Positions 1 through 7,933 of a stretch of 39,288 bases of DNA are shown piece by piece. This DNA is from Clostridia bacterium. Its GTDB lineage: Bacteria; Bacillota; Clostridia; Oscillospirales; Acutalibacteraceae. A program made the position numbers and the translations under genes. A model generated the notes under the pieces. The model did no database searches and was not told the origin of the DNA. It worked only from the letters and a program-made list of their open reading frames with translations. The stretch covers positions 1 through 39,288 of the forward strand of contig JAFSDF010000068.1 in NCBI GenBank assembly GCA_017436375.1, read 5' to 3'. Positions within the stretch are counted from its first letter, which is position 1, and each line of letters begins with the position of its first letter.

Positions 1-96
1 AAATGAACTCAGACACATCTGTTTTTTGTTTTGCTTTTTGGTCTGCGCTTAATGCAACAGCTCCTCATTCTTTTTCTACTAAGCATTACGGTAATT

Positions 97-1512
97 TTAC
101 AAATGAAAGGTTCTTTTCATTCTCTCTGTCAGGGGTGCCTGTGTCCTAGGCAGCTTTACTCTGTCACTTTTTGAGGGAATATGAACCCTTTCCGGGTAGG
201 CCTCCCTGTCACCGTCACTTACTCCGTCAATATCACTGTAGACCTCTTCTCTGTTAGTTTCGACCGTAAGACTGATACCCATGGCCGTAAGCCTTTTCAT
301 AAAATCTCTCTCAATGTCATTTTCCTTATATCGGTTAGAAAAAGTAAAGGTAAGCCTGTCACCGAAGGATATGACACCGCATCTGGCTCCGTTAACGATA
401 CCGGGACCTGTGTAAAACAGGAATTTTTCTATATGCTTTTCCATATCCCCGGGAACGGTTATGGGGCCGAGATTAGAAATCAGAGCCGTGGTAGAATACT
501 CCGCGCCGAAGGCAAAGCCGACCTTAATGACAGTATTTTTGACTATAAGCGGCAGAAATCTGATCTTTTCCGTACCTATCTTTACCGTACGGGTGATGTA
601 AGCGTTAAGTGCCTTTTTATTATTTGCGTGTCTGAGCTGAGCTTTTACGCTTTCGAGTATTTCCTCAAAGGTATATTCTCCCTTTCTCGGATTAATCTTT
701 ACCGAAAGACACATAACGAAATTTCTCAGTGTTTCATGGGGGAAGACCTTCCTCAGGTTAAGCGGGATCTGAACACTGACATCCTTTCTCAGAAGCCTCG
801 GTCCCGCCTGTCTCGAATAATGAATGTCAAGCAATACAGCGGCCAGCAGCTCAGTAACGGTAACACCGTATCCCCTGCTTACAGCGTGAAGCTGTGCAAA
901 GGACATCGTTACCGTGGTATAATTACACATATATAAGGGAAGCTTTGTGCCCCAGATGTGATGAGCAGGTGTCTCAAACAGATCGCTTTCCGTATCCTCA
1001 GCGGCATAGCGGATATAGGCATCCTCACGCTCCTGCGGAGCCGGCTCATCCTCCGTGCTGAGAACAAATCGGTTAAAGGAAATGCTCTCTCCCCTGAGAC
1101 GGAGATACTCTCCTGTCAGAGTAGAAAGAAAAACCGCACCGCCGTAACCGTCACACAGAGCATGATATATATCCAGACTGATACGGCTTCTGTAATAGTA
1201 AACTCTGAAAAGATAGCCGTTATTTTCCTTAAAGCCTATCCGGTAGCAATGATTTTTTATATCGTGATTTACGGGACATTCCAGACTGTTCTTTTCATAA
1301 TAGTTCCAGAAAAAGCCGCTTCTTATACGCACACGGAAGGTAGGTATCCTTTCGAGGGTGCTGCTGAGTGCCTTTTTCAGAAGTTCAGGATCAACATCCT
1401 CCTTTAACTGAACAGTCAAACGGAAAACATTTGACCATCGTTTTGTATTCTGCCCGGGAAAAACCTTCCCTGCATTATCGAGAGGTATCCATTCAAAGGT
1501 GCCCTTATTCAT
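97..1512 (-). CDS. Stand-alone condensation / alcohol-acetyltransferase-like acyltransferase (HxxxDG superfamily)
   Basis: 471-aa ORF with a GAAAGGA RBS about 9 nt upstream of the ATG. It carries the motif YHALCDGYGG (HxxxDG type) at about residue 117 and has no signal peptide. The family call rests on motif and size only. Confidence 0.55.
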   Translation of the reverse strand: MNKGTFEWIPLDNAGKVFPGQNTKRWSNVFRLTVQLKEDVDPELLKKALSSTLERIPTFRVRIRSGFFWNYYEKNSLECPVNHDIKNHCYRIGFKENNGYLFRVYYYRSRISLDIYHALCDGYGGAVFLSTLTGEYLRLRGESISFNRFVLSTEDEPAPQEREDAYIRYAAEDTESDLFETPAHHIWGTKLPLYMCNYTTVTMSFAQLHAVSRGYGVTVTELLAAVLLDIHYSRQAGPRLLRKDVSVQIPLNLRKVFPHETLRNFVMCLSVKINPRKGEYTFEEILESVKAQLRHANNKKALNAYITRTVKIGTEKIRFLPLIVKNTVIKVGFAFGAEYSTTALISNLGPITVPGDMEKHIEKFLFYTGPGIVNGARCGVISFGDRLTFTFSNRYKENDIERDFMKRLTAMGISLTVETNREEVYSDIDGVSDGDREAYPERVHIPSKSDRVKLPRTQAPLTERMKRTFHL

Positions 1513-1697
1513 AAAATTTATCCTTTCGGAATTTCATTTTTCTCATTATAACACTGCGATTATGAATTGGCAACAAAAAAATCGGATTTTCTGAGCTCTG
1601 ATAATTCACTATTTTTAAAGATATTGATAATATTAGTTTAAATTTATTAAAAAAGAATTAATTCTGTACATTAAATATCCTTTTTAACAAAGTAAGA

Positions 1698-1726
1698 TTG
1701 ACTTAATATTTCCGATATGATATATT
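1698..1726 (+). promoter_or_regulatory. Sigma-70-type promoter for the LRR/Big_2 surface protein gene
   Basis: TTGACT (1698-1703), a 17-nt spacer, then TATATT (1721-1726), about 50 nt upstream of the ATG at 1776. Confidence 0.5.
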
Positions 1727-1775
1727 CGGATTGTATCAATATGTCATATATTATACAAAAAAAGGAGAAATAACT

Positions 1776-4700
1776 ATGAAAACCTCTAAAGTGAAAAAAC
1801 TTTCATCCTTCGTATTAGCTCTTATTATGCTTTTCACGATGATACCTACGGCTGTTTTTACTCTGGCGACAGATGAGGCTTTGCCTGTGATGAAGTCCTT
1901 CAATGCCGCATCAGGAGATGACTTCCACAAATATTACAGGCAGGTTTATACCGTTACATTCCTCGACAGCATCGACGCTGACGCTATGGCGGGAGCTATG
2001 GAAAGCTGGGATATTTCCGCAGCGGGAGACGGTAGCGTTATGTCCTGGATGTATCTCAACGAGGAAGCTACCGCCGAGGCAGGCGAAAACAGATATGATG
2101 TTTATGTCTCAGGTGAAGGCGGAGTTCAGGCTCACGAAAACACCACCCATATGTTTTATGTTTTCTCTGCCCTTAAGGAAGTAAACGGAACAGAATATTT
2201 CCACACAGGAAAAGTAAAAAGCTTCCTTTACTGGTTCGGCAACTGTAATGCCCTCGAAAAAATAGACCTGAGCTGTCTCGACACCTCATCGGCTACCACC
2301 TTCCAGTATTTTTTCTATAACTGTAATGCTCTCAGAGAGGCTGATTTAAGCTCATGGAACACCTCAAATGTTACCTCTCTCCAGCAGATGTTTTACAGAT
2401 GCTACGCTCTGGAATATGCTGATCTGAGTGGCTGGGATACAAGCAAGGTCACAAATATGAAGGGCGTTTTCGAGATGACACCGCCTACAGGAGTAAGTCC
2501 CGACTATTCTCTGAAAAAGGTCGAGCTTACAGGCTGGAACACAAGTAATGTCACCACAATGGAAAATATGTTCAAAAACTGTGAGGCTCTCACAGAGCTC
2601 GATCTGAGCGCCTTCGACACCTCGAAGGTAACGACAATGAGATTTATGTTCTACTACTGTAAATCTCTTAAGAACATCTATGTAGGTGAGGGCTGGACTA
2701 CAGAGGCTATCGCCAATATAAATGACGGTGTATTTAACTGCTGCTATGCTCTCATCGGCGGTACTGACGATGAGCAGACCAATCAGGAAATATATAACGA
2801 CAAGCATCCCAGTGCCTACTATCCCCCGGATGTAACCTATGCCAAAACCAAAGAAGAGAACGGCTATCTTACCGACATCAGCCAAAAACCCGAGCCCGAA
2901 AAGAAGGAATATACGGTAACCTATGAATTCATCGGTGATGTTATCCCCGAGGATGTCACCGCTCCCGGCGAGGCCGTATACGAGGAAGGCACCACGGTCG
3001 CTGTGGCAGACAAGGCTCAGGCTGACGGCTATATCTTCTCAGGCTGGACTACAGAGGATGCAGATATAAACGATGATTCCTTTATCATAAATAATGATGT
3101 TCACTTCGTCGGCTCCTGGAGTAAGCTGTACACAGTGACCTATAAATATAAGGAAGGCTTTGAGGTACCCGAGGGTGCGCCCTCACTGGACTCATTTACT
3201 GCCGAATACGAGGCGGGAGATACAGTCGATGTGATCGGCATGCTTTACATCGACAGATATGTTTTCATCGGCTGGGCCACCGAGGATGCCGATGTAGCGG
3301 GAAATATGTTTACAATGCCCGAAAATGATGTGGTGCTCTACGGATACTTTAAAATTCCCGTAGAAAGCATTGAATTTACTATGGATGAAGACCTCGTAAT
3401 AAACGAGAATGAAACGACCAAGCTGAATGTATATGTAAAGCCTGAGGATGCCACCGTAAAGGATATCATCTATGAATCAAGCGATGAATCTGTGGTGACA
3501 GTCGATAAATACGGCAATATTACGGCTGTAGGCGAAGGCACTGCTACCGTTACCGTAAAATCAGCTGACGACGAAACCAAATCCGACACCGTTACCGTTA
3601 CAGTTAAAAAGCCTGTAACGGAAATTACCGTAGAAAAAACAGATTTCAATCTTGATAAAGGCGAAGAAGCCAAAATTGAGGCAGAAGTAAACGATGATGC
3701 CACAAACAAAAAAGTAATCTATGAATCAAAGGATGAAAGCATAGTAACCGTAGACGAAAACGGCAACATAAAGGCCGTGGACGAAGGCACAACTACAATC
3801 ATTGTTTTCCCTGAGGACAATCCGGATTTAAAAGAAGAAATTACGGTTACCGTAAAGATTCCCGTTACCGGAATTACAGCACCCGAAGAAATCACCCTCG
3901 AAATCGGTGAATCGGAAAATGTAAACGCACAGGTAAATCCGGATGCAACAAACAAAGAGCTTACATACGAGTCGGATAACCCCGGTGTAGTAAAGATTGA
4001 CGGGGACGGCAATATCATTGCTGTAGGTGAAGGCGAGGCTGTCATCACTATCACCTCAAAGGATGACAGCAGTATTACCGAGACAGTCAAGGTCACCGTC
4101 AAAAAGCCCTTCGTTCCTGTTACGGGAATTTCAGTAAACAAGCTTATAATCAATCTCACCAGAGGCGAAACCGACAAGCTCACAGCTACAGTTACACCGG
4201 AAAATGCCACGGATAAAGAAGTAATATTCAGCTCTGACGATGAGGATGTCGTCACAGTGGATAAAGACGGTAATATTACGGCTGTAGGTACAGGCACTGC
4301 TTCAATCACTGTCAGCTCAAAGGATAACCCCGAGCTTAAAATAATAATCCCTGTTACCGTCAAAGGAAAGAATGTAACCGACATCATCATTCCCGAGGGT
4401 AACGAGGACATCACCCTCAATGTAGGCGAGGAAAAGGAAATAGGCGCTTCCGTAAAGCCTGATGATGCTGACTACGGTATCACATACGAATCAAGTGATC
4501 CCGACATCGCAGAGGTTACCGAGGACGGCAAGATTATCGCAAAGGGCGAAGGCACCGTCACCGTTACCATGAAATCAGAGGACGGCAAGGCAGAGGAAAC
4601 CGTTAAGGTTACCGTAAGAGTTCCTGCAGAGGGTATCCTTACCGACAAAGAAAAGTACGAAACAGTAATAGGTGAAGCTGTAAAAATCGAAGCCACCGTA

Positions 4701-5609
4701 ACACCGGGAAATGCTACCGATAAAGACCTGACCTATAAATCAGAGGATGAATCTGTGGCCACAGTAAGCCCCGACGGTACGGTTACCCCTGTAGGTGTAG
4801 GTGAAACCGCCGTCATCATCACAGGACCTGACGGAACGAAAGTCTCTGTTACAGTAACCGTTACGGAGAAGCCTGAAGATCCAACAGACCCCGAGGAACC
4901 CACCGATCCCGAAGAACCCACTGAGCCTGAAGAACCCACTGAGCCTGAAGAACCCACTGAGCCTGAAGAACCCACCGAACCCGAAGAACCCGGATATACC
5001 ATTGAGGTTCCTGACGGCATCAATATGTTCAAGGGAGAAATCAAAGCTCTTGACATAGTAATAACACCTGACGACGGCAGTATCGTTCCCATCTTCACCA
5101 GCAGTGATGAGTCAGTAATAAGAATAGATGCTGACGGAAATATCAGAGCCGTAGGCGTAGGTATCGCCATCATTACAGCAGACTTCGGCAGCGGATACAT
5201 AAAGCTCATACCCGTCACGGTAGCCGCTATCCCCGTCAAGCACCATGTCTGCTTCGGCAAAACAGACGGCATCGGCTGGTACGAGGTATCAGTTAACGGC
5301 GGCGACTTCTTCCCCCAGGGACCCAATTCTACCCTCGAGGTTACAGACGGCTCCATTCTGGTGGTAAGAGTCCAGGATATGTGGATAGACGATGAATTCG
5401 ACTTTTATGTGAACGGCAAAAAGGTACCGCTTGATCCTGCCAATACCATTACGGTAATAGTAGACGGCTATATGCTCATTGGTGCCCTTTCGATGGATGT
5501 TCCCGTTCCCGATGTAGAGGAATCACTGAATCTCTTTGACAGACTGCTTAAGGGAATCCTCGATTTCTTTGAAGCGATTAAACGTTGGTTTGATAATTTA
5601 TTCAAATAA
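1776..5609 (+). CDS. Secreted mosaic surface protein: BspA/DUF285-type leucine-rich repeats, Listeria-Bacteroides (Flg_new) repeats, 7 Big_2 Ig-like domains, a PEEPTE linker and an unknown C-terminal domain
   Basis: I moved the start from the track ORF (1731) to the ATG at 1776, which has an AAAGGAG RBS and the signal peptide MKTSKVKKLSSFVLALIMLFTMIPTAVFTLA. About six repeats of the form F..C..L...DLS.W.TS.VT.M..MF are present. GYIFSGWTTEDAD and RYVFIGWATEDAD match Flg_new. Seven units resemble Y.SSDESVVTVD..GNITAVGEGTATVTV. Confidence 0.85.
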   Translation: MKTSKVKKLSSFVLALIMLFTMIPTAVFTLATDEALPVMKSFNAASGDDFHKYYRQVYTVTFLDSIDADAMAGAMESWDISAAGDGSVMSWMYLNEEATAEAGENRYDVYVSGEGGVQAHENTTHMFYVFSALKEVNGTEYFHTGKVKSFLYWFGNCNALEKIDLSCLDTSSATTFQYFFYNCNALREADLSSWNTSNVTSLQQMFYRCYALEYADLSGWDTSKVTNMKGVFEMTPPTGVSPDYSLKKVELTGWNTSNVTTMENMFKNCEALTELDLSAFDTSKVTTMRFMFYYCKSLKNIYVGEGWTTEAIANINDGVFNCCYALIGGTDDEQTNQEIYNDKHPSAYYPPDVTYAKTKEENGYLTDISQKPEPEKKEYTVTYEFIGDVIPEDVTAPGEAVYEEGTTVAVADKAQADGYIFSGWTTEDADINDDSFIINNDVHFVGSWSKLYTVTYKYKEGFEVPEGAPSLDSFTAEYEAGDTVDVIGMLYIDRYVFIGWATEDADVAGNMFTMPENDVVLYGYFKIPVESIEFTMDEDLVINENETTKLNVYVKPEDATVKDIIYESSDESVVTVDKYGNITAVGEGTATVTVKSADDETKSDTVTVTVKKPVTEITVEKTDFNLDKGEEAKIEAEVNDDATNKKVIYESKDESIVTVDENGNIKAVDEGTTTIIVFPEDNPDLKEEITVTVKIPVTGITAPEEITLEIGESENVNAQVNPDATNKELTYESDNPGVVKIDGDGNIIAVGEGEAVITITSKDDSSITETVKVTVKKPFVPVTGISVNKLIINLTRGETDKLTATVTPENATDKEVIFSSDDEDVVTVDKDGNITAVGTGTASITVSSKDNPELKIIIPVTVKGKNVTDIIIPEGNEDITLNVGEEKEIGASVKPDDADYGITYESSDPDIAEVTEDGKIIAKGEGTVTVTMKSEDGKAEETVKVTVRVPAEGILTDKEKYETVIGEAVKIEATVTPGNATDKDLTYKSEDESVATVSPDGTVTPVGVGETAVIITGPDGTKVSVTVTVTEKPEDPTDPEEPTDPEEPTEPEEPTEPEEPTEPEEPTEPEEPGYTIEVPDGINMFKGEIKALDIVITPDDGSIVPIFTSSDESVIRIDADGNIRAVGVGIAIITADFGSGYIKLIPVTVAAIPVKHHVCFGKTDGIGWYEVSVNGGDFFPQGPNSTLEVTDGSILVVRVQDMWIDDEFDFYVNGKKVPLDPANTITVIVDGYMLIGALSMDVPVPDVEESLNLFDRLLKGILDFFEAIKRWFDNLFK
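4875..4991 (+). repeat. In-frame 18-bp tandem repeat (about 6.5 copies) encoding (PEEPTE)n
   Basis: GAAGAACCCACTGAGCCT is perfect at 4911-4928, 4929-4946 and 4947-4964. Degenerate copies lie at 4875-4910 and 4965-4991. Confidence 0.95.
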
Positions 5610-5616
5610 TATTTAT

Positions 5617-5660
5617 CCCTCCGCCTCCTCCGGGAACAGCGGAGGGTATAATTTTGTATG
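5617..5660 (+). terminator. Putative intrinsic terminator after the LRR/Big_2 gene
   Basis: Stem CCCTCCGC (5617-5624) pairs with GCGGAGGG (5639-5646). The following T-rich tract is only weak. Confidence 0.45.
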
Positions 5661-5667
5661 TTTTCAA

Positions 5668-5696
5668 TTGACTTAAAAGTGCTGATGTGATATATT
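5668..5696 (+). promoter_or_regulatory. Sigma-70-type promoter for the M28 peptidase / GtrA pair
   Basis: TTGACT (5668-5673), a 17-nt spacer, then TATATT (5691-5696). Confidence 0.5.
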
Positions 5697-5733
5697 TAAA
5701 GTCAGAGAATAATTACTCTTAGGAGGAGAAAAT

Positions 5734-6966
5734 ATGATTTATTCACCCGAAAACCATAAAATCACTACTGCTGACTGTACCGAGTTCATTACAGAAGGTA
5801 TCACAAACATCTGTAAAACCTACGGTCCCCGCCCCTGCGGAAGCGAGAGCGAAAAAGGAGCTCAGGAACAGATGATGAAGGAGCTCGAGCCCTTCTGTGA
5901 CTCTGTTAAAAGAGAAACCTTCAAGGTAAATCCGAAGGCTTTTATGTCCTTTGTACCTCATGCGGGTGCCTGCCTTATGGGCTCTACAGCCATCAACCTT
6001 GCCTCAGCACTGGGCAAGGTATCAAAGAAGGCCACTCTCGGCTCAGCCGCACTTATGGGCGGTGCTTTGGCAGGTATCGTAGGAGAATTCCTTCTTTACA
6101 AAAAAATGTACGATCCTCTTTTCAAGGAGGAGACCTCAGGTAATGTTATCGCCGTAAGAAAAGCCAAGGGTGAAACTAAAAGAAGAATCATTATCTCCGG
6201 CCACAGCGACTCCGCTCCCGAATGGACCTATACATATAAGCTCGGCTCACACGGTGTACTTGCCGTAGCAGGCTATGCCGTAGCAGGTCTCGGCTACACA
6301 GCCGCCACCACTGCCGCTCTTCTGGCAGGCAAAAACGCTAAAAAAATGGCTCTCGGACAGCTTGCCTTCCTTCCCGCCTATGCAGGCCTTTTCAAGTTTG
6401 TAAACCATAACAACTATGTGGACGGCGCAAACGATGACCTTACGGGCTGTTATATTTCCTCAGCCGTTATGAAATATCTCAGCGAAAACGACATCCGATT
6501 TGAAAACACAGAGGTTGTGGCTATTCTCACCGGCGGTGAGGAATGCGGTCTCCGCGGTGCCAAGGCCTATTTCGAGGCTCATCCCGAGCTGAAAAGTGAC
6601 GGTGTGGAAACAGTCTTTATCGGTCTTGACAATATCCGTGACGGCGACTTTATGATGATTTATGAAAAGGATATGACCGGCATGGTCAGAAATGACAAGG
6701 ATGTATGCTCCCTTCTCAAAAATGCAGGTCTCAAACAGGGCGAGGACATTCCCGTAGGTGCCATCCCTCTCGGCTCCACCGATGCCGCCGCCGCATCTCA
6801 GGCAGGTATAAAGGCCGCCTCTCTCGTAGCCATGGATCCGGCTCCCGCTCAGTACTATCACACCCGTCTCGACACAGCAGACATCCTTATTCCCGAGGTA
6901 ATCGATAAGGTACTGAATATAGTCCTTCAGGCTGTCTGCGACTTTGACGAAAACGGTGTAAAATAA
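5734..6966 (+). CDS. M28-family metallopeptidase with membrane-spanning stretches
   Basis: 410 aa with a TAGGAGGAG RBS. It has the motifs IISGHSDSAPEW and GGEECGLRGAKAY, typical of M28 zinc ligands, and hydrophobic segments in the N-terminal half. Confidence 0.7.
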   Translation: MIYSPENHKITTADCTEFITEGITNICKTYGPRPCGSESEKGAQEQMMKELEPFCDSVKRETFKVNPKAFMSFVPHAGACLMGSTAINLASALGKVSKKATLGSAALMGGALAGIVGEFLLYKKMYDPLFKEETSGNVIAVRKAKGETKRRIIISGHSDSAPEWTYTYKLGSHGVLAVAGYAVAGLGYTAATTAALLAGKNAKKMALGQLAFLPAYAGLFKFVNHNNYVDGANDDLTGCYISSAVMKYLSENDIRFENTEVVAILTGGEECGLRGAKAYFEAHPELKSDGVETVFIGLDNIRDGDFMMIYEKDMTGMVRNDKDVCSLLKNAGLKQGEDIPVGAIPLGSTDAAAASQAGIKAASLVAMDPAPAQYYHTRLDTADILIPEVIDKVLNIVLQAVCDFDENGVK

Positions 6967-6979
6967 AGGAGAAATAAAA

Positions 6980-7420
6980 ATGAAAAAAAGTGACGCCTTA
7001 CAGGCAGTAAAATTCGCTCTCTTTTCTGCTTCGGCAGGTATTATTCAGATAGGCTCCTTCACTCTGCTCAATGAGGTTGTTCTGCCCAATATCAGCATCG
7101 AAAACGAAAAGCTTATGTTTCTGCTGAGTGCAGAATACGGTGTATGCTATCTCGTAGCTCTCACCCTTTCGGTTTTATGGAACTTCACCTTCAACCGCCG
7201 CTTCACCTTTAAATCAGCCGCCAATATCCCCGTAGCTATGGCAAAGGTTTTCGGCTTCTATCTGGTTTTCACACCCGTTTCCACCTGGTTGGGAAATACC
7301 GCTACAGGCAACGGCATAAACGAATACATCGTCCTTGCCGTCACTATGCTGTCAAATATGATTTTAGAGTACCTTTTCTGCAAATTCGTGGTTTATAAAA
7401 ATCAGGAGAATACCAGATAA
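6980..7420 (+). CDS. GtrA-family membrane protein
   Basis: 146 aa with 4 predicted TM segments and the signature WNFTFNRRFTFKS. It starts 13 nt after the peptidase stop and has an AAGGAG RBS. Confidence 0.75.
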   Translation: MKKSDALQAVKFALFSASAGIIQIGSFTLLNEVVLPNISIENEKLMFLLSAEYGVCYLVALTLSVLWNFTFNRRFTFKSAANIPVAMAKVFGFYLVFTPVSTWLGNTATGNGINEYIVLAVTMLSNMILEYLFCKFVVYKNQENTR

Positions 7421-7432
7421 AAAGGCTATAAT

Positions 7433-7483
7433 AAAAATCCATTGTAAGGTCTGAGCTGACTTTACAATGGATTTTTTATTTTT
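7433..7483 (+). terminator. Intrinsic terminator after gtrA, which is also the first module of the dispersed repeat
   Basis: TCCATTGTAA (7438-7447) pairs with TTACAATGGA (7462-7471), followed by TTTTTTATTTTT. The sequence is homologous to the terminator at 14641-14690. Confidence 0.85.
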
Positions 7484-7764
7484 GCAGTTTATTATAATTG
7501 ATAGGTTGACGGAGGGGTTACAATAGCACCGTAGGTGCCACCTCGCAGAGCCTCCACTGAAAGGGGAGGTGGATTTGCCGAAGGCAAAGACGGAGGGGTT
7601 GCAACAGCACCGTAGGTGCCACCTCGCAGAGCCTCCACTGAAAGGAGAGATTAATCAGTGCACCTACGGTGCTGTATTGTCGTAGGGGATGGCGCCCCCG
7701 ACATCCCGTGAAGTTCTTTTCAGGTAAGCAGTAACCTTGCTTCGCAGAGTGACTTTCGTCTGAT
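7484..7764 (+). repeat. Dispersed intergenic repeat module M1 (two tandem units plus a tail), locus A
   Basis: The units at 7508-7571 and 7590-7648 are near identical (GACGGAGGGGTTRCAAYAGCACCGTAGGTGCCACCTCGCAGAGCCTCCACTGAAAGG). Related copies lie at 14547-14617 (inverted), 25871-25941 and 26041-26090. Confidence 0.9.
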
Positions 7765-7852
7765 GTATGCTTCGTCTCCCGAGGCACCTTCGCTCCGACA
7801 GTCGCTTCCCGCTCTGTCTGCTTTTCCGAAATGTTCTACAGGTGAGGCTTCG
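7765..7852 (+). repeat. Dispersed intergenic repeat module M2, locus A
   Basis: It aligns with 14009-14096 in the same orientation. A 37-nt core, GCTCCGACAGTCGCTTCCCGCTCTGTCTGCTTTTCCG, is identical at 7792-7828 and 14036-14072. Confidence 0.9.
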
Positions 7853-7933
7853 TTTTCAGCCTTCATCCTCTTTTGAAAGTTAATATGTCATCTTGAGTTA
7901 AGATATATTTCCAATAAGGCAAGAAATATCTCT

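Noticed and set aside
1-96. A 19-codon minus-strand ORF (MRSCCIKRRPKSKTKNRCV) downstream of the acyltransferase
   Set aside because: It has no RBS and sits at the window edge with no supporting context.
181-1407. Plus-strand ORFs 181-936 and 958-1407
   Set aside because: They are antisense to the 471-aa acyltransferase ORF, which has an RBS and a catalytic motif. Their products have no recognisable features.
1731-1775. N-terminal extensions of track ORFs (1731, 10846, 13621, 24202, 27949, 34886 and 32058)
   Set aside because: In each case an internal ATG with a properly spaced GGAGG-like RBS gives a canonical N-terminus, such as a signal peptide, the MurD Rossmann start or the folT membrane start. 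The extension would also run through a promoter, a riboswitch or the upstream gene.
7508-7648. Possible CRISPR array, given the two near-identical 60-nt units
   Set aside because: There are only two units, separated by an 18-nt hairpin rather than unique spacers of about 30 nt. There are no cas genes, and the same unit occurs singly and inverted at other loci.
7605-7673. The GCACCGTAGGTGCC hairpins as a tRNA or tRNA fragments
   Set aside because: There is no cloverleaf, no T-loop GTTCRANNC box, no acceptor stem pairing and no appropriate length. I saw no tRNA gene in the window.
7518-7787. An 89-aa minus-strand ORF with the internal duplication LPFQWRLCEVAPTVLL
   Set aside because: It lies entirely within the tandem M1 repeat units, and the duplication simply mirrors the DNA repeat. 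It has no RBS. Equivalent repeat copies elsewhere do not keep the frame open.
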